Shown here: positions 25,609 to 35,935 of the stretch, piece after piece | How the letters are laid out: each line of letters opens with the position of its first letter | How positions within the stretch are numbered: the stretch's first letter is position 1 | Source of the DNA: a virus | Lineage: Duplodnaviria > Heunggongvirae > Uroviricota > Caudoviricetes | Virus record (IMG/VR): IMGVR_UViG_3300045988_015629 | Length of the DNA: 42,847 nucleotides | Reading direction: 5' to 3' (one strand) | Notes under the pieces: generated by a model | Database searches by the model: none | What the model was told of the DNA's origin: nothing | The model's input: the letters and a program-made list of their open reading frames with translations, nothing else | Translations under genes and position numbers: made by a program

Positions 25609-28559
25609 TTATCTTCTAGTGCTGCCAGCCTCTTCTCGAACTCGCGCATCTTCTTACGCTGATAGGCAATCTCTATGAAGAACATCTGGTCCGCCCTAAC
25701 CCCCCATCTGCCGCCGGGAGGGGATACTTGTACAGTCTGACCATCTTCATCAATATCATACGTAGCTTCAATTGAGTCGTAGCACAAGAAAGCATATTTA
25801 CAGTATGTAGAACCCTCCTCCATAAGCCCATGGTTGACCAAGATGTCTCGCACATCTTGGGCTATCACACCGAAGTGTATCCTTGCAGTGTCACCCTTGA
25901 TTGCTAGGCTTTCAAGCCACTTAAAAGATATTACATGTATATCCTCCCATGCGGTAAGGAGTTGTCCCTCAATTTCCTCTTTGTTCGTCTTAAGTGTACC
26001 ATCAGACGTGTTTATCGTACCGGTGGTCGCGTACACCGTAGTCCACCTATTACCTGCCGAACCTAAAGACACTTGCGAGTCTAAGTAAGGAAGGAAATTG
26101 TTGTATGAGTAGAAGCCTCCTGACGCATACATAATAGCCCTGTTAGGCCTTGCATGGTTTGCCCCGTACAGTTGCAGCAACGCACCATCGGAACTGGATG
26201 CACCATCACCACCGCTAACTATCAGTCTTTGACCCGATGGGGTTTTAGTGGGGACTGTTTTTGAAATCAGCCCGTAATCACCATCAAACCGTGCACGCAC
26301 GGCAGACTGTTGTGTGCCATCATATTCCAGACCAGTTACATGCAGGGAGTACACGCTTACATCATTGTCAAACGTTAAAGGTGCTTCTACATGGCGTACA
26401 CCATCTACCCCCATGGCGACAGGTATTGTACGGTTAGGAGTTGCTCCGTATTTGAAATCACGTGATACATACGGGTGGTCTTCAATCTTTATCCGGTAGC
26501 TATATAAGTCAGCCGGGTGCCCATCATGTTTGTACCATAACTTCGCACTGTTATCCCCGATGCTCCAGGGAGAGAAGAAGTCTTCCCCTCCAAAGATATA
26601 GTACAACCAGCCATCTTTAACACAGACAGAGCCGACGCCGACGGCAGTGTTAACGATATGGCCCTGGTATATTTGGTCGGTAATATTAAACCACTGAACA
26701 TCATCTAAAGATGAAGGCCAGGACGACACATTGACTTTGCACATAAAGGTCCTCGGATACGAACCTTCATAGCGGCTGCCCGGCTCGCCACCTTCCCACT
26801 CACCAAATGCACGTTCTGTACCAAAGATGTAGAGATAGTCACCTACTTTAGCGAACGGAAGATTGGAGTGATGTACATTGTTCGGGAATCGCAAGTAGCT
26901 CCAGTTTTGCCCAGAATCGGTGCTCATCGCCAGTGTAGAGCCGGGGGAAGTAGGTAATGTGCCGCGTGTGGTAAGGTAGAGCACACCGCCATAACTTTTC
27001 ACACACGGCTCAGAAGCGTTATCAGCGTATGCCTGAGCGACAGTGCGACGAACGAATACGCCTGGATTGTCATACACGTTACTAAAATACAAGACACCGA
27101 GACGCCGAGGGGACACATCGCCGTTGTGATAGCCGACAGCGATAGTGTAGTTAGCATCATCTATAACCGCAAAACTATGTGTCTCCGTGACACACAAATC
27201 AGCGTTAGTGGAGTATGCCACCCCCGGCAATTCGGTAATTTCCCATGGGCTGTCCCAGAATAGCGTTGCGAAGTTCCAGGTAACCCCCGCATTGTTTATG
27301 GTGGAGCCCGCAGGGCTTGAGAGCGTAACAGTGAACGTATTTCGGTTAATTATAGACGCAACCGTCATATTACCCGATACGCCAGTTGCCGATGTATTAG
27401 AGAAGTTAACCGCATCTCCTGCTTTTAGGCCATGATTTTCTATGACAATGGTAGCAGTAGTGGAGCCAGAACTAATAGTTATTCCGCCGGTTGGGTGTCT
27501 AAAATACGGCATTGGGCGTGACCAAAGTTCTGCCTTCTTCATCCGCATATTAGATAAGTAGCGGGTTTCTATAACTGCATATAATCGGTTGCCGCACGTA
27601 CCCATGCTCATGCAGTGGTAGTTAACTCTGTCCGTAGAAACACTAGCATTATAGTCAGCATGGATTGGAGTCAACCACTCAGGCATTGACCAAGTCTGCC
27701 CGTCGTCTCCAGAGCGAACCCAAGCTACATGTAAGTTTTGAACACCATGTCGTTCGCCCGCCATAAACGGGGCGTAAATAACATGGTCGTAGACGAAAGT
27801 TTTATCCTGCGTCCATGCGTTGTAGAACGGGGTATCCGTCACCTTAGTTAGTGAGCCGTTAAAGAAGCCATCAGCTACATAAGTAAGCGGTTGCCCGGCT
27901 ACGCGCTCGTAAACGAATGCAGCATTCTTAAATTTACTAATGTCAGGTAATTGGGAAACTTTATAAGTCAAACCCCTGCCGTCTATAATCCAATTGTTGG
28001 GGGAAGCTGCTAATACATTAAAAATAGATTGAGTATCATCAGTTACGCCGTCGCCCACGGCGCCCCATGCGCGCGGGTCGTATTCGTCCTTCCATCGCGC
28101 CACATGTAAATCTGGGTACAGAATTGCACCGTTTACATCAGATATTTGCTGCCGCAGTATGACCGACCCGACAGGCTGCCACGCCCCATCTGCCACGCCA
28201 CCGGTGGACTGCGGAGAAGATGACGCCGGGATAATTTTTGGTAGAGCACCCAACCAATAGTACCAATCCCCGTCACCGCCAGAGGACGACGGCCACAAAA
28301 CTGCGGTGTTTCGGTCGTTAGCGGATAGTGTACCGCCTGACGTGAAATCAAAATCTGCCAGTTTAAAACCAGCATCACGCAACACGGCAGGTAACGTCTT
28401 CTGGGTCTGTCCAGTAACCTGATTTGTCGCGTAATCAATATCGGCACCACCGGCGACACCGCCGGATTTGCCAGTGGTAACCTCGGCCTCGAAAATCTGA
28501 TGTTTCTTGGCGGTTTGTAAATCCGCCAGGCTTAAAACGTCACCGCATCCGCTTGACAT
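25605..28559 (-). CDS. tailspike / tail fibre protein with C-terminal intramolecular chaperone (peptidase S74-like) domain
   Basis: 984 aa; C-terminal ...SLGSAGNRWTTVYATTGTINTSDGTLKTNKEEIEG... resembles the autoproteolytic chaperone domain of endosialidase-type tailspikes; RBS AAAGAGGA. Confidence 0.75.
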   Translation of the reverse strand: MSSGCGDVLSLADLQTAKKHQIFEAEVTTGKSGGVAGGADIDYATNQVTGQTQKTLPAVLRDAGFKLADFDFTSGGTLSANDRNTAVLWPSSSGGDGDWYYWLGALPKIIPASSSPQSTGGVADGAWQPVGSVILRQQISDVNGAILYPDLHVARWKDEYDPRAWGAVGDGVTDDTQSIFNVLAASPNNWIIDGRGLTYKVSQLPDISKFKNAAFVYERVAGQPLTYVADGFFNGSLTKVTDTPFYNAWTQDKTFVYDHVIYAPFMAGERHGVQNLHVAWVRSGDDGQTWSMPEWLTPIHADYNASVSTDRVNYHCMSMGTCGNRLYAVIETRYLSNMRMKKAELWSRPMPYFRHPTGGITISSGSTTATIVIENHGLKAGDAVNFSNTSATGVSGNMTVASIINRNTFTVTLSSPAGSTINNAGVTWNFATLFWDSPWEITELPGVAYSTNADLCVTETHSFAVIDDANYTIAVGYHNGDVSPRRLGVLYFSNVYDNPGVFVRRTVAQAYADNASEPCVKSYGGVLYLTTRGTLPTSPGSTLAMSTDSGQNWSYLRFPNNVHHSNLPFAKVGDYLYIFGTERAFGEWEGGEPGSRYEGSYPRTFMCKVNVSSWPSSLDDVQWFNITDQIYQGHIVNTAVGVGSVCVKDGWLYYIFGGEDFFSPWSIGDNSAKLWYKHDGHPADLYSYRIKIEDHPYVSRDFKYGATPNRTIPVAMGVDGVRHVEAPLTFDNDVSVYSLHVTGLEYDGTQQSAVRARFDGDYGLISKTVPTKTPSGQRLIVSGGDGASSSDGALLQLYGANHARPNRAIMYASGGFYSYNNFLPYLDSQVSLGSAGNRWTTVYATTGTINTSDGTLKTNKEEIEGQLLTAWEDIHVISFKWLESLAIKGDTARIHFGVIAQDVRDILVNHGLMEEGSTYCKYAFLCYDSIEATYDIDEDGQTVQVSPPGGRWGVRADQMFFIEIAYQRKKMREFEKRLAALEDK

Positions 28560-28571
28560 ATAGAGTCCTCT

Positions 28572-31127
28572 TTAATTAAAACCATTGCTGAATCCGTCGG
28601 AGAAACCGCTGCCGTATGGCGCGACGCCGTCGTATTTGTAGAATCCGTCGTCATAGTTGTAGCCAGTAATCTTGACAGTGCGGTCGTCGCCGGGGTCGAT
28701 TGAAGAAACAACTATCTTCTGAGCATTATGCCTTGCTTCGTTGCCGAATGAAAACTCAGTTTTTAGTGCGCTATTCCCTGTATAGACTGCCTCCTCCGGC
28801 GCGGATAGCATAATCACCTCGCGGTCATGGCTTCCTTTGGTAACAGAGATACTCTGCACAGAGCCGTCGCGCTTCTTAAGGATGATGGAGTGGTCGTCGC
28901 CTGGGGTAAACGTAACCGGTTGAGATAGCGTAAGTGTAAGCCCATTAACGGCAACAACATAACCATCCTGAGGCGCGATGCGGGAGCCTTTAACAACGCT
29001 GATCACCCCGCCGGGGGTAGCTAGCGCGCCCTCTTCAGTAGCCTCGAACTCTACAACAACTTTACTTAATGTGTTGCGCTGGTAACGACGCCATGCCAGC
29101 CAATATGCCTGTTGGTAGTTACGCACGCCCTTCGATTCATATTTCTCGGTATTTGCACCGAGTTCTTCCGGGATATAAATAGTTTCCTGTACGTTAGTAT
29201 CCGGGTCGATGTATGAGAACGACAGGCTATCGTAGGTTGTCGAATCGTTGAACGTGCGGGTCCATTTCTCGGTACCGGTAGTTTTGCTGCGGTGGGTGAA
29301 CACCATTTCAGGCCCCGCGACAGGACGGTCGAATCGCAGCATAATATCCGCACCTTTACGGTACGCAGTACAGAAAACGGCTTCCGCTATGGTCTGGACG
29401 ATGTCCTGCATGGTTGTGTCATAGTCGTCGAACGTGTAGCAGAATTGCCCTGCTAATTCACTTCCGAAATAGGACTCAATTTCTTCCTGCACAGCAAGTA
29501 ACTTGTCCATGTTTGCCGTTGTCAGTTCCAGATTGCCTACTGCGGGGTCGCGCGCCAGTCGAATTAGAGATTGTACGGCTTGCGTGTTCGGTGTCATTAC
29601 TGTATCGAATACCCCATTGCCGAGGTATTTGTAACACATCTCGGTTGCAATCATGCGCAGTTCCGGGTTGTCTATGCTGGCGGCACGCGGCGTCTGTTTA
29701 CGTGCGCAATGCACGGTAGTTCGGTTGCCGTAGTGTGGGGTTGTGTCCAGCGACTGCCCGTACAGGTTGATGAAGGTTATCTCGTCGCTTACTGTACCGT
29801 TGTAGTCCTTATCAAAATTCGTTATACGGCGCATACGGGCGCGGAAACGCGATGCAGTAGGCAATCGCCCGTAGATAGACGTACCGACGTAATCCGTGCT
29901 ATTACCGGTAATTGTAGCCTGTACTGTGTAAATATCGCTCAACGGGTTACGCTGAGAATCAATCATCTGGTACTGGAGTTCTACGGTTACGCTGGTGCGG
30001 TTGTAGCCGCCGTCGTATTTGTAGAGGCCGTTCTGCCCGGCTACGTTAGCGAGCACACGGTCGACTTCCCCACGCACCATGTAATACCAGTCTGTAAGGG
30101 ATACGTCGTAGGTGTTGCTCGGGCCGATAAACGTATCTGAACGCTCTGTTAGGGTGTACGTCTGTCCGCTGGTCAACGCCGCCCAGTTAGACGCTCCGTT
30201 TACCGCTAATCTTACTTCGAAGTCGTCAACGTATAAAACATCAAACGAGCCGTTCAGGTTAGTGACATCAGCAACGTCAAAGTTGCTAAGCACCGCCACA
30301 TCACCAACGCTAAGAAACTCAGAAAAAGCAGAGTCGCCTGACGGGTCATAGATGTAGCCGGTGTTTGAAATGCGTTTAGCCGTGCCGTCGGAGCTTGGGT
30401 TAGCTCCGATGTCGTTTGGTGCTTTCAGCACAATACCGTCAACGTCGTCGTTGGAGTATGTCACATAGAGTTTCTGGTCGATGACGTCGCCGATTTGTAG
30501 TTGCGGCGATGTGGTGTTGTTCGGTGACGTATACGGCGCGTATACGGCAACAGAGGAACCTGTGATGTCGCTTATCAGGGTGTCGCCCTCTGTGACGCCA
30601 TCAGCCTCAATATGCAGATGTCCGCGCCCCGCGTCATAGTACGAATACTCCAGCAAAGCACCAGTGGAGTTGAACGCCTTATACGTCTGCATCAGGTCAT
30701 TAGGTATTGTCTGCACAGTCCCGCAGATGTCATAGGAGCGCTCGTAAGGGCGTGGTTTGTTTGAGCGGTCTGTGAGGCTGTTATTTGGCGATGTTGTCTG
30801 GTTGTTAGTCGCCGTGTAGTTGGCGTTGGCGGCCGTGTTCAGGCCAAACAACTTGGCGATTGGCTTAAGGATAAAACCAAACACCTTACTAACCGCACCG
30901 AGCGCCCCGCCACCAGCACCCTCGATAATGTGATATACCGCGTCTTCGTCTTTAAGCGCATCGAAGTCATCGGTTACGTCTGTGTCATCGCCAATCTCAC
31001 CGAGGTAGACGCGCACCGGCACGCCGTCAGGGATACGACTAACGACAAACTCCATCGGCATCCCGACGTGTTTTGTACGGTCGAAAGCGCCATCAGCGTT
31101 TCGCGTGTAGTGCAGAATTATCGCCAA
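28572..31127 (-). CDS. central tail fibre / host-specificity protein (lambda J-like, inferred)
   Basis: 851-aa protein downstream of the K-like gene and upstream of the tailspike. Confidence 0.5.
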   Translation of the reverse strand: MAIILHYTRNADGAFDRTKHVGMPMEFVVSRIPDGVPVRVYLGEIGDDTDVTDDFDALKDEDAVYHIIEGAGGGALGAVSKVFGFILKPIAKLFGLNTAANANYTATNNQTTSPNNSLTDRSNKPRPYERSYDICGTVQTIPNDLMQTYKAFNSTGALLEYSYYDAGRGHLHIEADGVTEGDTLISDITGSSVAVYAPYTSPNNTTSPQLQIGDVIDQKLYVTYSNDDVDGIVLKAPNDIGANPSSDGTAKRISNTGYIYDPSGDSAFSEFLSVGDVAVLSNFDVADVTNLNGSFDVLYVDDFEVRLAVNGASNWAALTSGQTYTLTERSDTFIGPSNTYDVSLTDWYYMVRGEVDRVLANVAGQNGLYKYDGGYNRTSVTVELQYQMIDSQRNPLSDIYTVQATITGNSTDYVGTSIYGRLPTASRFRARMRRITNFDKDYNGTVSDEITFINLYGQSLDTTPHYGNRTTVHCARKQTPRAASIDNPELRMIATEMCYKYLGNGVFDTVMTPNTQAVQSLIRLARDPAVGNLELTTANMDKLLAVQEEIESYFGSELAGQFCYTFDDYDTTMQDIVQTIAEAVFCTAYRKGADIMLRFDRPVAGPEMVFTHRSKTTGTEKWTRTFNDSTTYDSLSFSYIDPDTNVQETIYIPEELGANTEKYESKGVRNYQQAYWLAWRRYQRNTLSKVVVEFEATEEGALATPGGVISVVKGSRIAPQDGYVVAVNGLTLTLSQPVTFTPGDDHSIILKKRDGSVQSISVTKGSHDREVIMLSAPEEAVYTGNSALKTEFSFGNEARHNAQKIVVSSIDPGDDRTVKITGYNYDDGFYKYDGVAPYGSGFSDGFSNGFN

Positions 31128-31483
31128 AATTCAATCTCCGTGTACGTGTCTCTGAGGTCCGCCAGCCTGTCCAGCCGTACCTGACGTGAAGCAAGTTCGC
31201 AATGGCTAACCATCCCGTCGAAGTAAACTCCCGCGTGCCACACAATACGACCGCCACGGCGATACCCCATAAGCACCGCACAGAAGTTTTCAGGCTTATC
31301 AATTTTCGTAAGCCCCTTCGTGTTGCGGTGGCCTTCGTCAAACGCGTCGTTAATTGCCGTTGGGCTTGTAACATCGAAAGCCGGGGTTTCTAACCCGGCG
31401 TCCGCACGTACAATGCGCACGTGATGCCAGCAATTGCGTTTGCGAAAGTCGTAAGGTATTCCCGTGTAGTCGTTAATATTCAT
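31118..31483 (-). CDS. tail assembly protein with NlpC/P60-like fold (lambda K-like, inferred)
   Basis: Cys...His pattern (NCWHHV...HAGVYFDG) in a 121-aa protein within the tail tip cluster. Confidence 0.45.
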   Translation of the reverse strand: MNINDYTGIPYDFRKRNCWHHVRIVRADAGLETPAFDVTSPTAINDAFDEGHRNTKGLTKIDKPENFCAVLMGYRRGGRIVWHAGVYFDGMVSHCELASRQVRLDRLADLRDTYTEIEFWR

Positions 31484-32010
31484 GTGGTCAACAGGCCGCG
31501 TAATAACGGTATCTCTTTAGGTGTCATCAGTATACCAGTGCTCCGTTGGTTCAGCATAGGTGTACCGACATCTGCGGAGAACTCGCCTTTCTCCTGGTTG
31601 ATAGCCTGTAACTCGTACACGACCGGGCCGTCCGCCGGATAAGACAGGTCGGTACTGACATAACGGCGGAAGACGAATTTCGGCAACTCGGTGTTACTCA
31701 TCGGGATTTTATCCATCTCATCATCCAGTTGATTGAGAATATCCGGTAGAGTAAACGTGGTAGTCTGGTCCATATCACTGTTGTTAGCAGCCCCCGACGC
31801 TTCCATCGGGGTGGGTTCGAATGTGATAGTTTCGCCGGTTTCCAGTGTCGCCGTAAGTTCCTGCAGCCCGCGCACAAGATAGTACGTCTTCGACAGCAAC
31901 GGGTGGCTGATTTGCAACGTTACGTAGTCCATCTCGCCGTCTGGATTTGATGCCAACTTACGGCGATAGGCAGCTTCTACTGATTCCTGGCTCATTGCAT
32001 CGGGTCCCAA
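31480..32010 (-). CDS. minor tail protein (lambda L-like by position)
   Basis: Gene order after tape measure; no motif recognised. Confidence 0.35.
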   Translation of the reverse strand: MGPDAMSQESVEAAYRRKLASNPDGEMDYVTLQISHPLLSKTYYLVRGLQELTATLETGETITFEPTPMEASGAANNSDMDQTTTFTLPDILNQLDDEMDKIPMSNTELPKFVFRRYVSTDLSYPADGPVVYELQAINQEKGEFSADVGTPMLNQRSTGILMTPKEIPLLRGLLTT

Positions 32011-32492
32011 ATTCGTGGAAACGTTGATTGTGCAGTTCCGTAGGCTTTAAGGAAACACCCCAGCCCGTCACCATAGCAACCGTACAAATCCGGCAGATTG
32101 TTAATCAGGCACTGGTTCTCAAGGTCCTGGAACGGCGATTTCTCGGCGGTTGCCGTGAAAGTAATCGTCCAGTTAATCCCGTCTTCGGTAGACTCGGCGA
32201 TGGTGGATGTAATTGTTACCTGATAATCCTCGATACCCATGCCGAAGTCATGTGCCATCCAGAAACTTGACGCACCGCCGTCTACTTTTTCGAGGAACGA
32301 CAGAAACGCCTGTCGCCCCATTGCGGATGTAATCAGGGTTACGCTAACAGGGAACACGTCGTAATACGTGTCACGGCCCTGACGCACCCCGCCACCGGCT
32401 AAATCTACACTCCAGACGTTGTTACGTCTGGTCATTGAGTAGCCTTTCGATACAATTGGCTTAAGGCTACGTGGGAAATATAAGTCGCTCAT
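31992..32492 (-). CDS. minor tail protein (lambda M-like by position)
   Basis: Immediately downstream of the tape measure gene. Confidence 0.35.
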   Translation of the reverse strand: MSDLYFPRSLKPIVSKGYSMTRRNNVWSVDLAGGGVRQGRDTYYDVFPVSVTLITSAMGRQAFLSFLEKVDGGASSFWMAHDFGMGIEDYQVTITSTIAESTEDGINWTITFTATAEKSPFQDLENQCLINNLPDLYGCYGDGLGCFLKAYGTAQSTFPRIWDPMQ

Positions 32493-34780
32493 TATTTAAA
32501 CCCCGGCGCATTTCTTGTGGCTTTGCGGGCCTTGCTAATCTTGCTGTTGCTGTTCTGCAAAGAGGCAGCCACCTGCTCCTCGATGATGATTCGCAAACGG
32601 CCTTCATCATCTTGTTCGGTGGATACGTTGCCGATCTGAGAACTTGTGTTGTTTACGATAGTAACATTAGACGGGCCGGAAGAAGACCCGTTTTGCCCCA
32701 TAATTTCTTTCATCTGCTGTGCTGTGCGAACACGCGATGCACCCGCGGGCATGATAACTTCTGGTTTACCGCGTTCAGCGATAGTAGAAGCCTGCCCGGC
32801 GGATAACTGCCCACCCTGTTCACGTGCGGACCGGATAGCGGAAATCTGCGCCATACCTGCACCAACGGCAGCGGCAGCGGCTACAGGGGCTAGGAAGGGG
32901 CCAACAACGGGGATAGCAGCCGTTGACTTGTACGCTTCAATGGCTGCGGTGTATGTGGCGATAGTGGCCTGCACAATAGCGAATGCCTTATACGCACCAG
33001 AAGCCTCGCCCAATGCGGACCCGATGTTTGAAGCCATATTACCAAAGGCGGTTGCCGTTGCATCGGCACGTTTGGTTGCGTATTGCTCGTTGATGGCGTT
33101 AAGAGCGGCCTGATACTGCTTCTCGCTAATCAAACCCTGCTCGCGGTACTTATCCGCTACCGCCAGTTTCTGCTGTTCCTGGATGTCGAGAAGCTCAAGC
33201 TCAGTAGCGTTCTGACCCATAATCTGAGCCATGAAGTCGTCACCTTTCTGCTGCTTTTCCTGGGCTTCTTTCTGGCGTTTATCCAGTTCATCTTGTCGTT
33301 TTTGCCCGGCTTCGAGGACGATAGCTGTTTTAGCTTGTTCATATTCTTTCAGGGACAACGCGCCCTGGCTGTAGAACTCTTTTGCCTTAGCCAGTTTCTG
33401 CTGTTCCTGCGCGTCGATAGCCTTTAACTCGTCGTTGTTCTGACGGGCCAAAGTGTCGAGGTAATCTTGCGCCTGATTCCGCAATTGCTCTGCTTTCTTG
33501 GCGGCGGCTTTTGCTGCTTTATCGTCGGTTGTCCCCACCCCACCAGTTCCGCCCTTTTTATTAACAAGGCTGGCTAAGTCAATTTCTTGCTTCTTACGCT
33601 CGTCGTACTGCTTGCGCTGTTCCTCAATTTCTTTCTTACGCTGCTTAGACCTGTCGGTAATGGCTTGGGATTCGGCCTCTGCACGTTTTATACTGGCGTC
33701 GTATGCGGCATCAGCCTCTGCAGTCAGTTTTTTAAATGTGAGCGCCGACGTTTTGCTCGGGTCAAACACATCAGCAAGGGTCTGGCCTAACGCTACCGCG
33801 TAGTCGTCAATGCGCTGGAACCACGCAATAACCTCGTGGAATGTCTGCTGGATATCCGGCAACCACTCACGGATGGCATCCGGTATATCCCCCAGCGAGT
33901 CGGACATATCAACGGATTTGTCCTCGGTATCGAATGCCAGGTCGTTCAAGGCGTCAGAAATAAACTTGAACGACTCATTGAACAGTGTCACCCAATCCTG
34001 GAGCGTGGCGGAGATCTCATTGGACGCGATGGCGTCGGTGAGTGCGGTGATAGCATCTTCCGCTGTTGCCGCTTGTTCGCCTACCGCGTCGCCAAAACCG
34101 GATTGCGCTACCGCAAGAACAAGACCATCGAAGGAGTCCGCCAGGCTAGATAACTGACCATCTAAGGTCTTCGAGCGCGTCTCCATCGCTCCGGCGAAAT
34201 CAGTGTTACCGATATTTAGCAGGTATTTCTGAATCTCTTCGGAGTTCTTTTTAACCGTGGTCGTTACGCCACGGAACGTAAACGAAACTGTATCCGCCTG
34301 TTGGGAAGACTTGATACCGAACTCTTTTAAGCGCTCAAATTCAAATGTACTGGCGTCGGCAACTGCCTCAATCATTTGGTTAAGGTCTTTGCCCATAGCT
34401 GCGGCGGTGTTGCCGTAGGATATTAACGCCTCTTTGCTGGGGTTAAGACCTAGCGCCACGAGCTTGGTAAACCCCTCTACCGCCTGATTGAGGCCATACG
34501 GAGTTTCTTTTGCGAACTGTTGCAGGACGCTGAATGCCTTAGCAGCGTTCTCGGCGCTCCCGGTCATTGTGATGAGGCCGGAGTTCAGCTTATCGAAGTT
34601 GCGCTGGGAGTCCACCAGCGCACTGAACACCTGTTTGGCAGTTTCCAGACTGACAACGGCAGCGGCGGCGGCCCCCGCGGCTTTGGTAAGCCCGTTCAGT
34701 TGTGATGTGGTTTTATCGACGCCGGTCGATGATACTCGTACGATCAAGCTAGCGGTATCAGCCATGATTTCTACCTTCAA
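32492..34780 (-). CDS. tail tape measure protein
   Basis: 762 aa, predicted coiled-coil A/Q/K/E-rich repeats, preceded by a chaperone pair. Confidence 0.75.
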   Translation of the reverse strand: MKVEIMADTASLIVRVSSTGVDKTTSQLNGLTKAAGAAAAAVVSLETAKQVFSALVDSQRNFDKLNSGLITMTGSAENAAKAFSVLQQFAKETPYGLNQAVEGFTKLVALGLNPSKEALISYGNTAAAMGKDLNQMIEAVADASTFEFERLKEFGIKSSQQADTVSFTFRGVTTTVKKNSEEIQKYLLNIGNTDFAGAMETRSKTLDGQLSSLADSFDGLVLAVAQSGFGDAVGEQAATAEDAITALTDAIASNEISATLQDWVTLFNESFKFISDALNDLAFDTEDKSVDMSDSLGDIPDAIREWLPDIQQTFHEVIAWFQRIDDYAVALGQTLADVFDPSKTSALTFKKLTAEADAAYDASIKRAEAESQAITDRSKQRKKEIEEQRKQYDERKKQEIDLASLVNKKGGTGGVGTTDDKAAKAAAKKAEQLRNQAQDYLDTLARQNNDELKAIDAQEQQKLAKAKEFYSQGALSLKEYEQAKTAIVLEAGQKRQDELDKRQKEAQEKQQKGDDFMAQIMGQNATELELLDIQEQQKLAVADKYREQGLISEKQYQAALNAINEQYATKRADATATAFGNMASNIGSALGEASGAYKAFAIVQATIATYTAAIEAYKSTAAIPVVGPFLAPVAAAAAVGAGMAQISAIRSAREQGGQLSAGQASTIAERGKPEVIMPAGASRVRTAQQMKEIMGQNGSSSGPSNVTIVNNTSSQIGNVSTEQDDEGRLRIIIEEQVAASLQNSNSKISKARKATRNAPGFK

Positions 34781-35090
34781 AGATTGCTTCTAAGCCCATG
34801 ATAATGTCTATCTCGAACAGGCTAAGCTGTTTTTGCGTAACATCGAGATAGGCTTTCAGGTCTTGCCACGTAACGGATTCTCTTGCGAACAATACTACAG
34901 CGTCCTCGCGCACGTGTCGCGTAAACTTAATGTCGCAGTACGTCTCGAAGGTGGATATAAAAAGGGGCGGGCATTCTGGCCCACCCCGTCGCGCTGCACG
35001 TTTTTTCTTATCGATTACACCCATCGCGATAAGCGCCTGTTCGTGTCCGTCGGCTATAGAATCAAACTCTCTGATTTTATGCTTATCCAC
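34758..35090 (-). CDS. tail assembly chaperone T-like segment (possible -1 frameshift extension of the upstream chaperone)
   Basis: This frame is open from 35147, overlapping the end of the 35123..35539 ORF in the -1 frame; no ATG, track start is GTG. Confidence 0.4.
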   Translation of the reverse strand: MDKHKIREFDSIADGHEQALIAMGVIDKKKRAARRGGPECPPLFISTFETYCDIKFTRHVREDAVVLFARESVTWQDLKAYLDVTQKQLSLFEIDIIMGLEAIFEGRNHG

Positions 35091-35122
35091 AAACTCATAG
35101 GTGGCGAACCTGTACAGCGCGT

Positions 35123-35539
35123 CTACTTTTCCTGTAATGCTTTGCGCTCAGCGTTATGGAACGCTGCTACCTGTGTGCCTAATGCCTTGAACTGGTCCAG
35201 CAATTTGTTAAATGCTTCTTTAGAGAAAGGCTCATCAAAGCTCCAGCCGTTTACGACTTCTGCCGCGAGTTGCCGGTTGAGGTCTTCCGCCAGTTCGTTA
35301 ATAGCCAGGTTATATTCAGTATAGTCGCCGGATTCTTTGGCGGCTTTTTCCAGTTCTTCGAAACGCGCCAACCCGCGACGGTACGCAATAATGAAAGCAC
35401 GCCCCGCTTTAACGGCGACATCCGCATCGGGACTTACAACGTTAAGCCATTCACCGGAGTCTTCGCCGTTTGGCAGCAGAATGGGCATCTTCTTGCCTAC
35501 CAGTGCTTTCTCTTCGAAATAAAAATCAGAAAGTTTCAT
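35123..35539 (-). CDS. tail assembly chaperone (lambda G-like, inferred)
   Basis: Acidic 138-aa protein immediately upstream of the tape measure gene. Confidence 0.5.
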   Translation of the reverse strand: MKLSDFYFEEKALVGKKMPILLPNGEDSGEWLNVVSPDADVAVKAGRAFIIAYRRGLARFEELEKAAKESGDYTEYNLAINELAEDLNRQLAAEVVNGWSFDEPFSKEAFNKLLDQFKALGTQVAAFHNAERKALQEK

Positions 35540-35647
35540 TCTTTAATCCTTTGGTTAAGAGGTTACAGGTTAACGATAAATGCGCCAGACGGGAACCACC
35601 CGCTTTTCGTGTGCGACACTAGGCGCAAACTTATTCTATCACATTAC

Positions 35648-35690
35648 TTGCACACCCCAATATAATAGGGTACTATTCACTTACACCAAC
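35648..35690. promoter_or_regulatory. conserved 36-bp promoter element, divergent (plus-strand TTGCAC-N17-TACTAT for the island; minus-strand promoter for the chaperone/tape-measure operon)
   Basis: Reverse complement is about 33/36 identical to 13744-13779. Confidence 0.55.
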
Positions 35691-35691
35691 A

Positions 35692-35898
35692 ATGAAGGGG
35701 TTTAAAATGTCCAGTTTACCAGTTTCCTTAATTCTGTTTGCACTGCTCGCTTATTTCGCGCCTTTCCTGGTTGCGTACTTCCGTAACCATAAAGCGAAGT
35801 TAGCGATATTCATGGCTAATCTGTTTCTTGGTTGGGTTCTGCTGCCGTGGGTATTTATCTTAATCTGGGCGTGCAACTCGAATGTCAAAGAGAAGTGA
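35692..35898 (+). CDS. small membrane protein (2 TM helices)
   Basis: Two hydrophobic helices; RBS GAAGGGG before the second ATG at 35707. Confidence 0.55.
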   Translation: MKGFKMSSLPVSLILFALLAYFAPFLVAYFRNHKAKLAIFMANLFLGWVLLPWVFILIWACNSNVKEK

Positions 35899-35935
35899 GC
35901 TAGTATAGGACAAATCCTAAACACGAGGAATAAGC

